Source: Macrostomum lignano
Lineage: Eukaryota
Assembly: GCA_002269645.1 (NCBI GenBank)
Contig: NIVC01000506.1
Location: 434,001-498,000, forward strand
Direction of reading: 5' to 3'
DNA length: 64,000 nt
Part shown: piece after piece, positions 1 through 12,205 of the stretch
Layout: every line of letters starts with the position of its first letter
Numbering within the stretch: the stretch's first letter is position 1
The notes under the pieces: model-generated
Seen by the model: only the letters and a program-made list of their open reading frames with translations
Told to the model about the DNA's origin: nothing
The model's database searches: none
Translations under genes and position numbers: made by a program

Positions 1-905
1 GCTGATAGCTAGCAGGTGATGATCTTCGCTTGATGTTCGCTGCTGACGACCGGGGGTTTCGTCCTTGATGATGATGGGGGAAGTCGCAATCCGGGGATCA
101 AGAAACGACGGTCGCGCTCTGGGAACCAGAAGTTGCGTGCTGGGCCCGAGCAAGAGTATGAGTCCGAGCGGGCCAAAAACTCCGGTTTAAATAGCCGCCA
201 ACTGGACCGCAGTTTGTTATAATGGAACACGTCGATTCTGATTGGCTGAGCCGTTTTGTTAAAATGAGCGCCGAATTTTCTGATTGGCTAAGCTTGTTGC
301 TACCCAGAATCACGTGACCGAGAGATCCTATCAGTTCCCACAGGGTCGTAAAAAGATGACAGGTGCGGCCATAAATCACTCAAAATCGCAACAAAATGAT
401 TTATGACTTTTCGCGTAGGATTGACAGAAATTAATGAAAAAATATACATTAGAAAGCTCTTATTAAATAGAAAGTGAAGATAATGAAGAGAAATCGCTAA
501 TCGCTAATCCCAGAGTACTTTTAGGGGTAAAACGCATAGCTGTCAAAGTTGTCACACGCTTGAGTGAATCCGAACAATAGGCTCCGACCTCATAAATCTT
601 GATGGCCTGTCAAAATGATGAGAAAAAAGCTACCGCCCGCATCCTCTCAGACCATCTGGCGCCCGTCTCAACACTGAGTGAGGCGCAGGTGGCCGTCAGA
701 CCAACTTCGGAAGCGATGATTTACGACCCAAAAAGCTACGCCTATGTTATTATGACTACTAGTATGGCCAGACATTATGTCTAGTATAGGTTCTATGACA
801 ATTTGCAGAAAAAGGATAAAAATGCTCCTTGCCCACTGTTAGTAGGCTAGTAAGTTTAGAGCCCATGTGCTAGCGCGGGATTTGGGAAAAAGTGCGTCCT
901 CATCA
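1..905. repeat. Dispersed repeat, copy 1 (truncated by window start); near-identical to 9352-10257
   Basis: Direct sequence match to 9352-10257 with scattered substitutions. Both copies stop matching after ...AAAAGTGCGTCCTCATCA. The duplicated short ORFs in the track are incidental. Confidence 0.9.
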
Positions 906-1175
906 GTAGCCAAAGTGTACATGTTCATAGTAGCCAAAGTGTACATGTTCATAGTTGCCAAAGTGTACATGTTCATAGTAGCCAAAGTGTACATGTTCAT
1001 AGTAGCCAAAGTGTACATGTTCATAGTTGCCAAAGTGTACATGTTCATAGTAGCCAAAGTGTACATGTTCATAGTAGCCAAAGTGTACATGTTCATAGTA
1101 GCCATAGTGTACATGTTCATAGTAGCCAAAGTGTACATGTTCATAGTAGCCAAAGTGTACATGTTCATAGTTGCC
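904..1175. repeat. 24-bp tandem array (GTAGCCAAAGTGTACATGTTCATA)n, about 11 copies
   Basis: Visible periodicity; gives the repetitive ORFs TMNMYTLA and VAKVYMFI. Confidence 0.95.
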
Positions 1176-1490
1176 AAAGTGTCATCCAGAGCCTCAGATC
1201 CCAGCACTGGCTGCACTGAGCGTAAGGCGGCCCAAGCCAGCCCGCGTCTTCTTCTCATGTCGCTGGCGATGTCCGGCACGAGTCCGCAGAGGTACACAAA
1301 ATGCTGGCAGCATGGAAGTGGGGTCTCATTTCCCGCAGCATCTCGGTAGGTATAGGTCCAGCGGCATAGTGAATACTTCAGCGTGAGGCCGACCCTTGCT
1401 GCCGCTTTCGTCAAGCCATCCAGCAGCCGCTGGGCGCCTTCAACGACAGCAATTTGAAGAGCAGCAAAATACTTATTTAGAGTTACCAAG
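1176..1490 (-). pseudogene. Non-LTR (LINE, RTE-like) reverse transcriptase C-terminal remnant
   Basis: Minus-strand translation AQRLLDGLTKAAARVGL...HFVYLCG...DMRRRRGLAWAALRS resembles the RT domain 6-7/thumb pattern (GL..N..K...FxYLG...I..R...AW). It is cut off by the 24-bp array. Confidence 0.6.
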
Positions 1491-1914
1491 AGTATCGAAC
1501 AGACAGAAATTGAATTGCCAGAATAAACGCAATTTAACTTATTGAAATAAATGAAGCTAAAAAGCAGCCAGATATCAGGCCACTGCAGGATAGCCAGTCA
1601 CTTGTATTTGACGATTAGAAACAATTCACCAAGTCCATCAGGAGTCGCACAACTCAGAATAATCATTTGAGCTGGAACCTGCCAGGGCTGACTATATGAA
1701 AATCCTCTTCTATATCCGCTTCTATCCAAGCTCGGCTCGATTAAGCAGGCATTTTAATTACTGCAGCCATTATTGCAGAACGCTCCGGTTAAAATCGCTA
1801 CACGCAACTACTAAGGTGCGGCACAGTTTTCTAAAGAAAAGCTATTTCTGACCTAATTTGGTTTTCTGCAACCACACAAAGGGCAGCTATGAATCACTCC
1901 TGGGAAAGGCTTGT

Positions 1915-2060
1915 CTTCAACTGACACTGCTCTACACTCAACTCACACTTATCTGACAATGCTCTACACTTAACTGACACTTATCTGACAATGCTCTACA
2001 CTCAACTGACACTTATCTGACACTGCTCTACACTGATGCGACACTAAGCTGACACTTATG
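1915..2060. repeat. Short degenerate tandem repeat (CTGACACTGCTCTACACTCAACTGACACTTAT-like)
   Basis: Visible periodicity. Confidence 0.8.
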
Positions 2061-2139
2061 ATTACAGTGTCAGATGAGTGTCGGGCAATGTCAGACAAGC
2101 CTCAGTTAAGTGTCTCGGCCTCGGGGAGCACGAGATTTT

Positions 2140-2425
2140 CCCGTAACGAGGATTTCCCACGAGGATTTCCCGCAGCGAGGATTTCGCGCAGCGAGGATTT
2201 CGCGCAGCGAGGATTTCGCGCAGCGAGGATTTCGCGCAGCGAGGATTTCGCGCAGCGAGGATTTCCCGCAGCGAGGATTTCGCGCAGCGAGGATTTCGCG
2301 CAGCGAGGATTTCGCGCAGCGAGGATTTCGCGCAGCGAGGATTTCGCGCAGCGAGGATTTCGCGCAGCGAGGATTTCCCACAGCGAGGATTTCCCGCAGC
2401 GAGAATTTCCCGCAGCGAGGATTTC
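2140..2425. repeat. 16-bp minisatellite (CGCAGCGAGGATTTCG)n
   Basis: Visible periodicity; the ORFs here are repeat artefacts. Confidence 0.95.
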
Positions 2426-2667
2426 AGGCCCTGATACTTTAATAAGCCCTAGAATTTTGAATCTCTGGTGCCCAAACTGCCAAATACTGACAGCAAAACC
2501 CTGGCGGGAAGACCTCGCTACGGGAAATCCTGGTTGCAGAAAAATCTCGTGCTCCCGAGACACTCAGACTTCTCTGACACTGTCCGAGACTCATCTGAAA
2601 AGCTTATAGATCGAAGTGTCACGACAGTGTCAGATGAGTACCAGCAGGCAGTGTCAGTTGTGAAAGA

Positions 2668-3320
2668 GCATTAATGACTCCCTTAAGGAAAAACATTAAT
2701 GACCCCCCCCAGCGAAAGGAAATTAATGACCCCCCCCCCCTAGGGAAAGGACATTAATGACCCCCTAGGGAAACGACATTAATGACCCCCGCCTTCTAGG
2801 GAAAGGACATTAATGACCCCCCCTCTAGAGAAAGGACATTAATGACCCCTAGGGAAAGGACATTAATGACCCCCTAGGGACAGGACATTAATGACCCCCT
2901 CTAGGGAAAGGACATTAATGACCCCCACCCCCCTAGGGAAAGGACATTAATGACCCCCCTAGGGAAAGGACATTAATGACACTCGTAGCGAAGACATTAA
3001 TGACCCCCCCTAGGGAAAGGACATTAATGACCCCCTAGGGAAAGGGCATTAATGACCCCCCCCCCCTAGGGAAAGGACATTAAAGACCCCCTAGGGAAAG
3101 GGCATTAATGACCCCCCCCCCTAGGGAAAAGACATTAATGACCCCCCCCCCTAGGGAAAGGACATTAATGACTCCCTAGGGAAAGGGCATTAATGACCCC
3201 CCTCTAGGGAAAGGACATTAATGACACTCGTAGCGAAAACATTAATGACCCCCCTAGGGAAAGGACATTAATGACCCCCTAGGGAAAGGACATTAATGAC
3301 CCCCCCTTAGGGAAAGGAAA
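2668..3320. repeat. About 25-bp minisatellite (GACATTAATGAC(C)nTAGGGAAAG)n with a variable C-run
   Basis: Visible periodicity. Confidence 0.95.
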
Positions 3321-3452
3321 ACGCACTTATTTCAAGCCGGCTACGATCTAAGAATTTTTATTGAGTTGATGTTCACACCAGGCCAACAGAGGCGATTTCA
3401 CTGGCGATGCCGAAACCTCTGGTTTCAGTGCTGCCGAAGAGCGCAGTTGCCA

Positions 3453-6435
3453 TTAGGAAACGAAGGCGCGCACGAAGTTGTCCACGTGCTGGCCGCAGTT
3501 GATAGCCGGGCAGGTGCGAGCGGTGCGGCTGCACTGCATGCAGAGGCTGAGATGGCCGCAGGGCAGGCACACAATCTAAAGGGGATCGGAGGCAATAAAT
3601 ATGAAGGCTCATCTGTTCATTGCTGCTCAGTACCTGGAAAACAGCCCGTAGAGGCGGTTGCAGGCAGTTCAAAACTGGCTGAAACGCACTGCATTCACGC
3701 ACACAACGCACTGCACTGTATGTCTGCATTCTTTCTGCCAGCCAGCCACTATGATACCCATTGTTACCCCACCACAATTCTGCCAGATTATGCTGCCAGT
3801 ATTTTGTAGATTAGATGCACATTAAACCTGAATTATACCTCAGTCCATCCTACATTCTATCTCAGTCTATCCTACATTCTATCTTAGTCTATCCTACAAT
3901 CTATCTTAGTCTATCCTACAATATACTTCAGTCTATCCCACATTCTATCTCAGTCTATCCTACAATATACTTCAGTCTATCCCACATTCTATCTCAGTCT
4001 ATCCTACATTCTATCTTAGTCTATCCTACAATCTATCTTAGTCTATCCTACAATCTATCTTAGTCTATCCTACAATCTATCTTAGTCTATCCTACAATCT
4101 ATCTTAGTCTATCCTACAATATACTTCAGTCTATCCCACATTCTATCTCAGTCCATCCTACATTCTATCTCAGTCTATCCTACATTCTATCTTAGTCTAT
4201 CCTACAATATACTTCAGTCTATCCCACGTTCTATCTCAGTCTATCCTACATTCAATCTCAGTCTATCCTACATTCAATCTCAGTCTACCCTACAATATAC
4301 TTCAGTCTATCCCACATTCTATCCCAGTCTATCCTACAATATACTTCAGTCTATCCCACATTCTATCCCAGTCTATCCTACATAGCATTTTATCTCAGTC
4401 TATCCTACATTCTATCTCGGTCTATCCTACATTCTATCTCGGTCTATCCACATTCTATTTCAGTCTATCCTACATTCTATCTCGGTCTATCCTACATTCT
4501 ATCTCGGTCTATCCTACATTCTATTTCAGTCTATCCTACATTCTATTTCAGTCTATCCTACATCTAATCCCAGTCTATCCTACATCTAATCCCAGTCTAT
4601 CCTACATCTAATCCCAGTCCATCCTACATTCTATCTTAGTCTATCCTACTATTTACACTCATCAGTGCAATCCAGTTTAATATTCCACTCATATCAGATC
4701 ATTCTCATTCGCTCACCTCCACATCGCGGGTGTTGCACTGTCGGCAGTGGCTGCCGGTGCCTCTGCCAGTCCGATTGCCCTGCTGCTGCTGCTGCTGCTG
4801 CTGCTGTTGTTGGTTGCTCTCGAAGTGGTCGGGCGGCCGGCCGCCCAGGTGCCGATAGAACTCGCGCAGCACGGCGGCGAGATCGTGCTTGTCGTTGAAG
4901 TGCGGCGGATCCGCCGGGTTGTCGGCCATCTCCCTGTCCCACTCCTTCTGCATCTCCACCACCAGCTCCTGGCGGGTGTACTTCTGCCTGAACCGGATGA
5001 ACTTGCGGGCGATGCACAGCAGCACTTTGGTATTGCTGAAGCCAAGCCGGCAGACCAGGTCGATCTGCGGGCTGGTGAGCTCGTCACCGAGGATCTTCAT
5101 GAGCTGGTTGTGGTCCTGGCGAGTGTATGATGTCGGGTAGTTGGGCGGTCGCTCCGACATTGCCCGCAGCCGCTCCATGCCGCGGGAGCTCTTCAGAAAG
5201 AAGCAGAGCGGGCTGAATTTCACGTGCTCCTGCTCGGGATGGTCGCCCTGGTCCCAGTCCTGCGGGCGGAGAGCAGTTGGATTCAGCCAGATTTGAACGC
5301 AACGCACAGAACAATAGAAGACTGCCAGTTTAAAGCAGGTAAACTGCTTGTTTAAAAGTTCAGCACTTTATACACTTTACACTCTTTCTTAACGACATCC
5401 AAATTTATCGCGGGACACTTGTTTCTAGGAAAATTGAAGGCTTAAGTTTATCCGAAAAGTACATGACTAAAACATGCTTTCGTATTCTGTTACATTGGTT
5501 TCTTGAGTATACAGAATGAACCCGAGATCGAAAATTTTATGCTCGCAGTATCTAGCTGGGCCAGACATGTACACTCTATTTTGTCTATGGCAAAAGCCCA
5601 GCTGCAGGCCGATGCTATTGCTGAGCAATCCAGCTTTTTTATGTCAAAAATAAAATTTCAGTTTGTCTGCTTCTGGGGGTGATATTTCCTTCTGAGGGGG
5701 CAGACTGTTCTTAGTTAACCTGCTGAGGAAAAAAGGAGACCTACTGGCAAATTTGACAGGAAATGCTGGAGGGAAAAAGAGCTCTAGAGCAGGGGTCAGC
5801 AAACTCCGGCCCGCGAAGCCTCTCTATCCGGCCCTCGGGTCCATTGAAACTTCACAATAGCAATCCAGACCGCTTAATGTTTGTCTCTTCTCTCCTCTCT
5901 CCCCTATCTCCTCTCCCCCCTCTCCCCTCTTGTTTTTTATTTCGTCTATTCCCTCCTCTTTCCTCTCTCATCTGGCCCGTAGCCATGAGCTGGATTCTTC
6001 ATCGGGCCCTTGAGGTAAAAAAAAGTTAGCCGACCCCTGCTCTAGATAAAGAAAGGAGAGCTGACTAATAGCGGATGTTTATTTATACTTGACGCTTACC
6101 TTCAGGCCAAGGTCGCAGAAAAAGCACTTCACATGGTCCTCTTCCATGAGATAGAAGAAGCCGCTCTCAACCATGTCTTCTTTAGTCTGGCTCTTGCCCA
6201 AGTAGTCCCAGTTCCCAATCACGAAGGAGTCCATGCGAGCTTTCCTGGTCACAAAGCGCAGGGTGCTGGGGCTGGATGTCAGGTACACCACGGCTGTCAG
6301 GGCTTCGTACACATCCAGCAGCCTTGTGGAGTCAGCCAAGGGTCGCATCCTATCGGCCAGTTTAGTAGATATCTCAGTAGCCGAGTCCTTGAGGATCTGG
6401 CGCAGACTCAGATCTAAGCTAATGTCGCCACTCAT
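3453..6435 (-). CDS. Inhibitor-of-apoptosis-like protein (one BIR + C-terminal RING). Exons 6435(provisional ATG)-6100, 5259-4717, 3575-3453; about 333 aa
   Basis: GT-AG phase-0 splices join RMDSF..W....MVESGFFY..EDHVKCFFCDLGLK|DWDQGDHPEQEHVKFSPLCFFL (BIR C-x2-C...H...C) and CRQCNTRDVE|IVCLPCGHLSLCMQCSRTARTCPAINC...VRAFVS* (IAP-type RING). The 5' start is uncertain. Confidence 0.88.
3835..4650. repeat. About 22-bp minisatellite (CTCAGTCTATCCTACATTCTAT)n in the IAP intron
   Basis: Visible periodicity. Confidence 0.95.
5790..6039. mobile_element. hAT-type MITE in IAP intron 1
   Basis: TIRs CAGGGGTCAGC.../...GCCGACCCCTG. 8-bp flanks CTCTAGAG (5782-5789) and CTCTAGAT (6040-6047) fit a hAT TSD. 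Confidence 0.8.
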
Positions 6436-8035
6436 TGCATGCACAGTTTGAGATGCTGCACTGTTATGGCAAACTTGAATTGGTCTGCAAAGTTGGAGGC
6501 CAATGCTTGCACAGCTTGGGCTTTTGTATTTTGGCATTCCAGATCCCATTAAATTTAAGTTCAATATTGTTTGTAGTTTTATTTTTTTAAATATATGTAT
6601 AAGTTTATATTTATTGGGATTATGGGAAATTCAATCAATACTTCTATTACTATTACTATTAATTAAAATTCAAGTATTATTCACAGGTGTGCTGGCTATT
6701 AATGCTGTTTTTAATCCATAGGAAAACTGCCATGCAGAAATATCCATTTATAGATAATGATGACTTGAATGATAAGCTAAAATTCTATATTTGCATAGAG
6801 ATCTAAGCAGTATTAGTGCAATACCTAAGGTTTAAGCATCCCAAAAGTCCTTTTAGTAATTGTAACAAATAACTAGAATTTAAAGAATACTATAGTCTTT
6901 GGAAATAACATCCTTTGGCTACAATCATATATAGCTAGCATACTATTTGGATTTTTTACTCTGTCAATAGTGCTGGAATCATACAAATATTAGAGAACTT
7001 GGATGATTATGCCAAAAAGCTCATCTATATAATAGTAGTAGTGATAGTCTCACTTTTTTTACAAATTTGTTACATAACATATATTATAATTAGCTATTTA
7101 TTTATATATATATGCTAGGCCTAATCTAACTAGGTCTAGCATATTTGAATTGTTCATTTCTACATGTTTTATAGGAATTATAGGCCCTTAGGCCCTGTAT
7201 TAGGTGCTTAGCCTAGGTAAGCCCTAGGCCCTAGTGTATAGTTTTATAGGCCCTAATTAGGCCTTAAAGTAGATTATAGATTTTTATATATAGGAAATAG
7301 AAACAGTGCAAAAATGCTATTGCCATTGCCACTATGTCATAGACTGTCTTTCAAAAAATTATTCTGGGATACATTGTGCAATATGTCTATGATTATGGCT
7401 TCTTGATAGTCAACTATTGCATTGGGTATAGGGCTATAGGGTTACTATTACTAATACTAATAGATACCTACTATGCAATAGGCAAAACAGGCAATGTTTG
7501 CATATTAAATAGGCCTATATTTATATGGCAATGTCCTAGTTTCCCACATTAAATTATTTAAACCCAAAATTTGAAACAAACAAACAAAAACAAACTTATT
7601 AAAGATTTAAAATGAGTCTTAAGTCTTAAAAAGAGTACTACATGGCATAGTAATGTGTCAGTCAGTATAAAAAGTTGCCAAAGCTCTTTTTTGGGTAGAG
7701 TTAGCACCAGAGAAACTCACTGAGGTGGGAGTCAAAAAGGTTTGTCACTGGTGCCATGCTGACTACAAAACTTTGCCTTCACATGGGCCTAGTTGCCTTC
7801 AATGGTATGCAATTCAGAAACCCTGTATATATATAGAATAGGCCTATAGGCTATATATACAGAAAAAAGAAATAAAAAATAGCATCCAGATAGCATTTAA
7901 TAGGGCCTAGAATTTTCAAATAGAAAACATTATATTATATATATACATATATAATAATATATGTATAACTTGATAACAAAAACCAGGTCAAAATAATTTA
8001 ATGCAGGAAACTAACTAGGACATTGCCATTTATAT

Positions 8036-8201
8036 CAGGGGCATAGGGAGGGGGGATACTGGATAGGGGGGATGCATCCCCCCCAAAGAGCCTGACCAAA
8101 ACTTTTTGTTGCCCTTTGTTGCTATACATGCTACCATGTGACTGTCATAGCACTTTTACCTTGGTGTATCCCCCCCTAGGAAATTCCTGGGTACGCTCCT
8201 G
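8036..8201. mobile_element. Small MITE-like element
   Basis: Imperfect TIRs CAGGGGCATA / TACGCTCCTG; GC-rich island in AT-rich flanks. Confidence 0.55.
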
Positions 8202-9351
8202 ATTTATATTATATTATAGCTCACTATGCACAGTATGCAGACTATATTTAGGCCTAGGCCTTGATCGGCTCTTGATTATTTATCACAACGTGCTACGGTT
8301 TTCAAATGCTAAATTGATTGATCTGCGTCCAAGGCTGCGCCACACGCTTACAGTGTGGAGACTAGACTAGAAAAAGACTAGAACTTACATGTTTAATGAG
8401 TCGCATTTGTTGGAAACGGAAACCAATTTAAAAAAACCCGGCCTATTTACTAGCTAACCCTAGAAAAAGTTGGGTCTCCCTAAAACACGCCCCGCACCGC
8501 CCCGACCGCTACACATTATAACATTTTTTGTCAATGCAGTATTTGATTGCAGAGAAAAGTAATATTTGTTGTAAGAGTAATGGAATAAATAAATTAAACT
8601 ATAATTCTAAATAATAGCATTATTTTTTATTTTCTCGTTTCTATTATAAAATTGATGGGTTTCGACCTTTCAGGCCCCTTGTGAGGAAGCCTTCGGGCCT
8701 CAGGCCTCAGAAATAAATCAATTAGAGTCCTGGCCCCCCACTCCTGTCAGATGGTCAGCCCCATGGTAGCTTGATCGTTTGGCGAGCAGTCTAGGTCCTA
8801 TAGCTAAGAGAGAGACAGCGAGAGACAAGCAGGGAGAATTTTGAAGGTAGAAATTAGCTAATCCGCAGACTAAGCTAACTCGCTGCCACCAGCCCGTGCG
8901 CCCTGGCTCACCACACCGGGGCTGATTTGATTGATTGATCGACTGAGAACTGCCTTGCCATTGGTCCACTGTGACCGGCGCCTACTAGCTTAGCTACTCA
9001 TCTGAGCCATCGGCGAACAAAGAAACAAAACCGATAAAAATAACTGTTAGATTTAACCTTCTCCTTAGATCACTTGACACTTCAGATTGAATTGGAGTTT
9101 AGACTACTAGCAGTATTATTGAATGACTTCTGCCTCAGTAACAGCACTACTGAACAAAATGAGCAAAAGTGTGCGCCTAATTCAGCTACTGAAACAGGGG
9201 ACAGATAGGGGATCACCCAATCAAGCAAGTCTAGGTAGCCTCTCACCCAACCAATCAGAAACTCAACAGCCGGAGACCAGGAAATCCACAGTGACCGAAT
9301 CGGCTTGATGCTTCGCAGCTGTAGACTCGGGATGATGCTGACACAATCTTC

Positions 9352-10257
9352 GCTGATAGCTAGCAGGTGATGATCTTCGCTTGATGTTCGCTGCTGACGA
9401 CCGGGGGTTTCGTCCTTGATGATGATGGGGGGAAGTCGCAATCCGGGGATCAAGAAACGACGGTCGCGCTCTGGGAACCAGAAGTTGCGTGCTGGGCCCG
9501 AGCAAGAGTATGAGTCCGAGCGGGCCAAAAACTCCGGTTTAAATAGCCGCCAACTGGACCGCAGTTTGTTATAATGGAACACGTCGATTCTGATTGGCTG
9601 AGCCGTTTTGTTAAAATGAGCGCCGAATTTTCTGATTGGCTAAGCTTGTTGCTACCCAGAATCACGTGACCGAGAGATCCTATCAGTTCCCACAGGGTCG
9701 TAAAAAGATGACAGGTGCGGCCATAAATCACTCAAAATCGCAACAAAATGATTTATGACTTTTCGCGTAGGATTGACAGAAATTAATGAAAAAAAAATAA
9801 ATTAGAAAGCTCTTATTAAATAGAAAGTGAAGATAATGAAGAGAAATCGCTAATCGCTAATCACAGAGTACTTTTAGGGGTAAAACACATAGCTGTCAAA
9901 GCTGTCACACGCTTGAGTGAACACGAACAATAGGCTCTGACCTCATAAATCTTGATGGCCTGTCAAAATGATGAGAAAAAAGCTACCGCCCGCATCCTCT
10001 CAGACCATCTGGCGCCCACCTCAACACTGAGTGAGGCGCAGGTGGCTGTCAGAACAGCTTCGAAAGCGATGATTTATGACCCAAAAAGCAATGCCTATGT
10101 TATTATGACTACTAGTATGGCCAGACATTATATCTAGTAAAGATTCTATGACAATTTGCAGAAAAGGATAAAAATGCCCCTTGCCCACTGTTAGTAGGCA
10201 AGTAAGTTTAGAGCCCATGTGCTAGCGCGGGATTTGGGAAAAAGTGCGTCCTCATCA
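9352..10257. repeat. Dispersed repeat, copy 2 (its left limit probably extends further upstream)
   Basis: Match to 1-905. Confidence 0.9.
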
Positions 10258-12188
10258 CTCCCGTAAATCTAGCCATTTCATCACTCCCGTAAATCTAGCC
10301 GCATGCCATCCTCATAAAAAATTTAAATGTTTGCGACAGCTATAAATCTGGATATTTTGCAAAGATTTAGACACTTTATTTATGCAACAGAAGGTTCAAA
10401 GCATTCCATGTACTTGGCTTGTCTGTGGGGAGGCGTTAAAAATTAGTTACGTGCGGATAGCGTGCGGATGGCTTGTTTTTTGGGCTTAGGAATTTTAAGC
10501 TTTGGGCAATTCTTGCGACAGTTGCTGATTCTTATAGTCCATCAAGTCCTGTAACCAAGGACAAATTCTCACAACTGGAAGTTCAATGGTTCGGTCAGCA
10601 GAGGACTTTAAAACTAAAAAAATGTCGAATTTTTTATTTCGCTTGCGACACTCGACTTTTTCAGAGCTGTACATTGCGACAGCTGGCTTTTTCAATTGCC
10701 AGATGTCCAAAGAGTATAATTGAGAAACTGGCACATTTGCGACAGCTTCTTTTGCAAGGATATAAAGTTTTTTGTTTGAACCATAGAAGTCTCCCGGTGT
10801 TCCAATTTTTTGTTTTTATTTATAACAACATAGCTATAATTTAATAAAGAAACAGAAAGTACTTTAATGTTTTTATCTTTAGCTCAGTTAAAAATTTGTT
10901 TTATAAAACTAATAAATCAAGTAGTTATATATTATTGCTCTTATTAAAGGATAATTGAAGAAGTGCTAAAATTTAACTTGCAATTGAATGATAACGTAAC
11001 TTTTGAATTACTGCACGTGCTTTCATTTGAGCTATGGGCTGTGACATTAACAGTAGGCTAATCGGCCACTTAGTTATTGACTGTACAATATCGAGTAACA
11101 TTGCTTGATACGTGTTTCTAGGTCTAGCTAGCAGTATTATGATTCATATTTTGTGTTACACTCAATCCACTTTGTAACACATTAACACACGACACAATTA
11201 AGATAATAATCTTTAGTCTAGTCTAGTCTAGTCTAGTATAAGCCTCTTTAGTCTAGTGTACACTTTAAAGAGAATATTCAGATTGACTTTTGGATTTTTG
11301 AAAGTTAAAAGTGATTCACTTTGTAGCTACTCATTTAGTATCGTGGCATGGTACTGTGACGTTGTCAGTTTAAGGTGGTCCCGAAAAGGGCCGTTGGACT
11401 GCTGTTCTCCATAGTCATTCAACCCTTCAGTTTCACCGTTTCAACTAAACTTTTCCATTCGTTTATTGCGACGTTTACTTGTAGTAGTGCCCAACGATTT
11501 TGTGGCAATTTATAATTCATTGTATATTTTGCTATCCTCTCTCGCAACCGTATAAAATTGGCACGATCGATAATTTTAAGTTCTCTCGCCAGCCAATGGA
11601 ATCACTCGTGCTCGCGCTACCCCCCTCTGCGCTCTTTTATTAAACCCCCCGCCTGGCGGCGGGCACCCCTCACCCCTTTTTCGGCTCTCCCCGCTTGTCC
11701 CTTGTTTCCTTCCCTGCGGCCTCTTAGCTGTCTTATCTGTTTGTCTGGCTGCCTCGAGCCTCCTTATTTCTCACCACGGCCCTTCTGTCTGGGCCAGCCT
11801 GCTCACACACTTACTTGACTGTTTCACGCCACGACCGACGCCAACTCACCACTACGTTTCACTGCCTTCACGGTGCTCATAGCCACTGCTCACGTCACGT
11901 CGCCATTGTGTCATTCGCCTGCCACTTGACTTCATATCCAAATTATATTCAACCCATTGCTGCAGCCGCCAGTGCCCAGAAAGCTATAGTCTGTTTATTG
12001 CCAGTAACAACCAAACTTAATACTGATATTAACAATAAAGACAACTACGGCAGTTCCTGCCTTTATCGCCAAGTGCTCCGCTACAAATCCGCTTTACAAG
12101 AATTGACTTCAACTTATTTTGGGACTAAAACGGCCCTTTTAAGGGTCACCGCATAGCTGGCCGCTACGCCAATAACGTGACATAATTT

Positions 12189-12205
12189 TGGAGGTCCCAC
12201 CGAGA
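12189..12205 (+). promoter_or_regulatory. Primer-binding site, complementary to the tRNA-Gln 3' end
   Basis: TGGAGGTCCCACCGAGA is the reverse complement of ...UCUCGGUGGGACCU-CCA, as in metazoan tRNA-Gln. It starts 6 nt after the 5' LTR. Confidence 0.8.

Noticed and set aside
8650-8710. Possible Penelope-type hammerhead ribozyme on the minus strand (stem plus GAAAC)
   Set aside because: The core reads CUCACAAG instead of CUGANGAG, and no stems I/III were found; at most a decayed relic.
11558-12156. Duplicated 86-aa and 113-aa ORFs (also 15769-16367)
   Set aside because: They lie within the LTRs, use non-ATG starts and show no gag/pol similarity.
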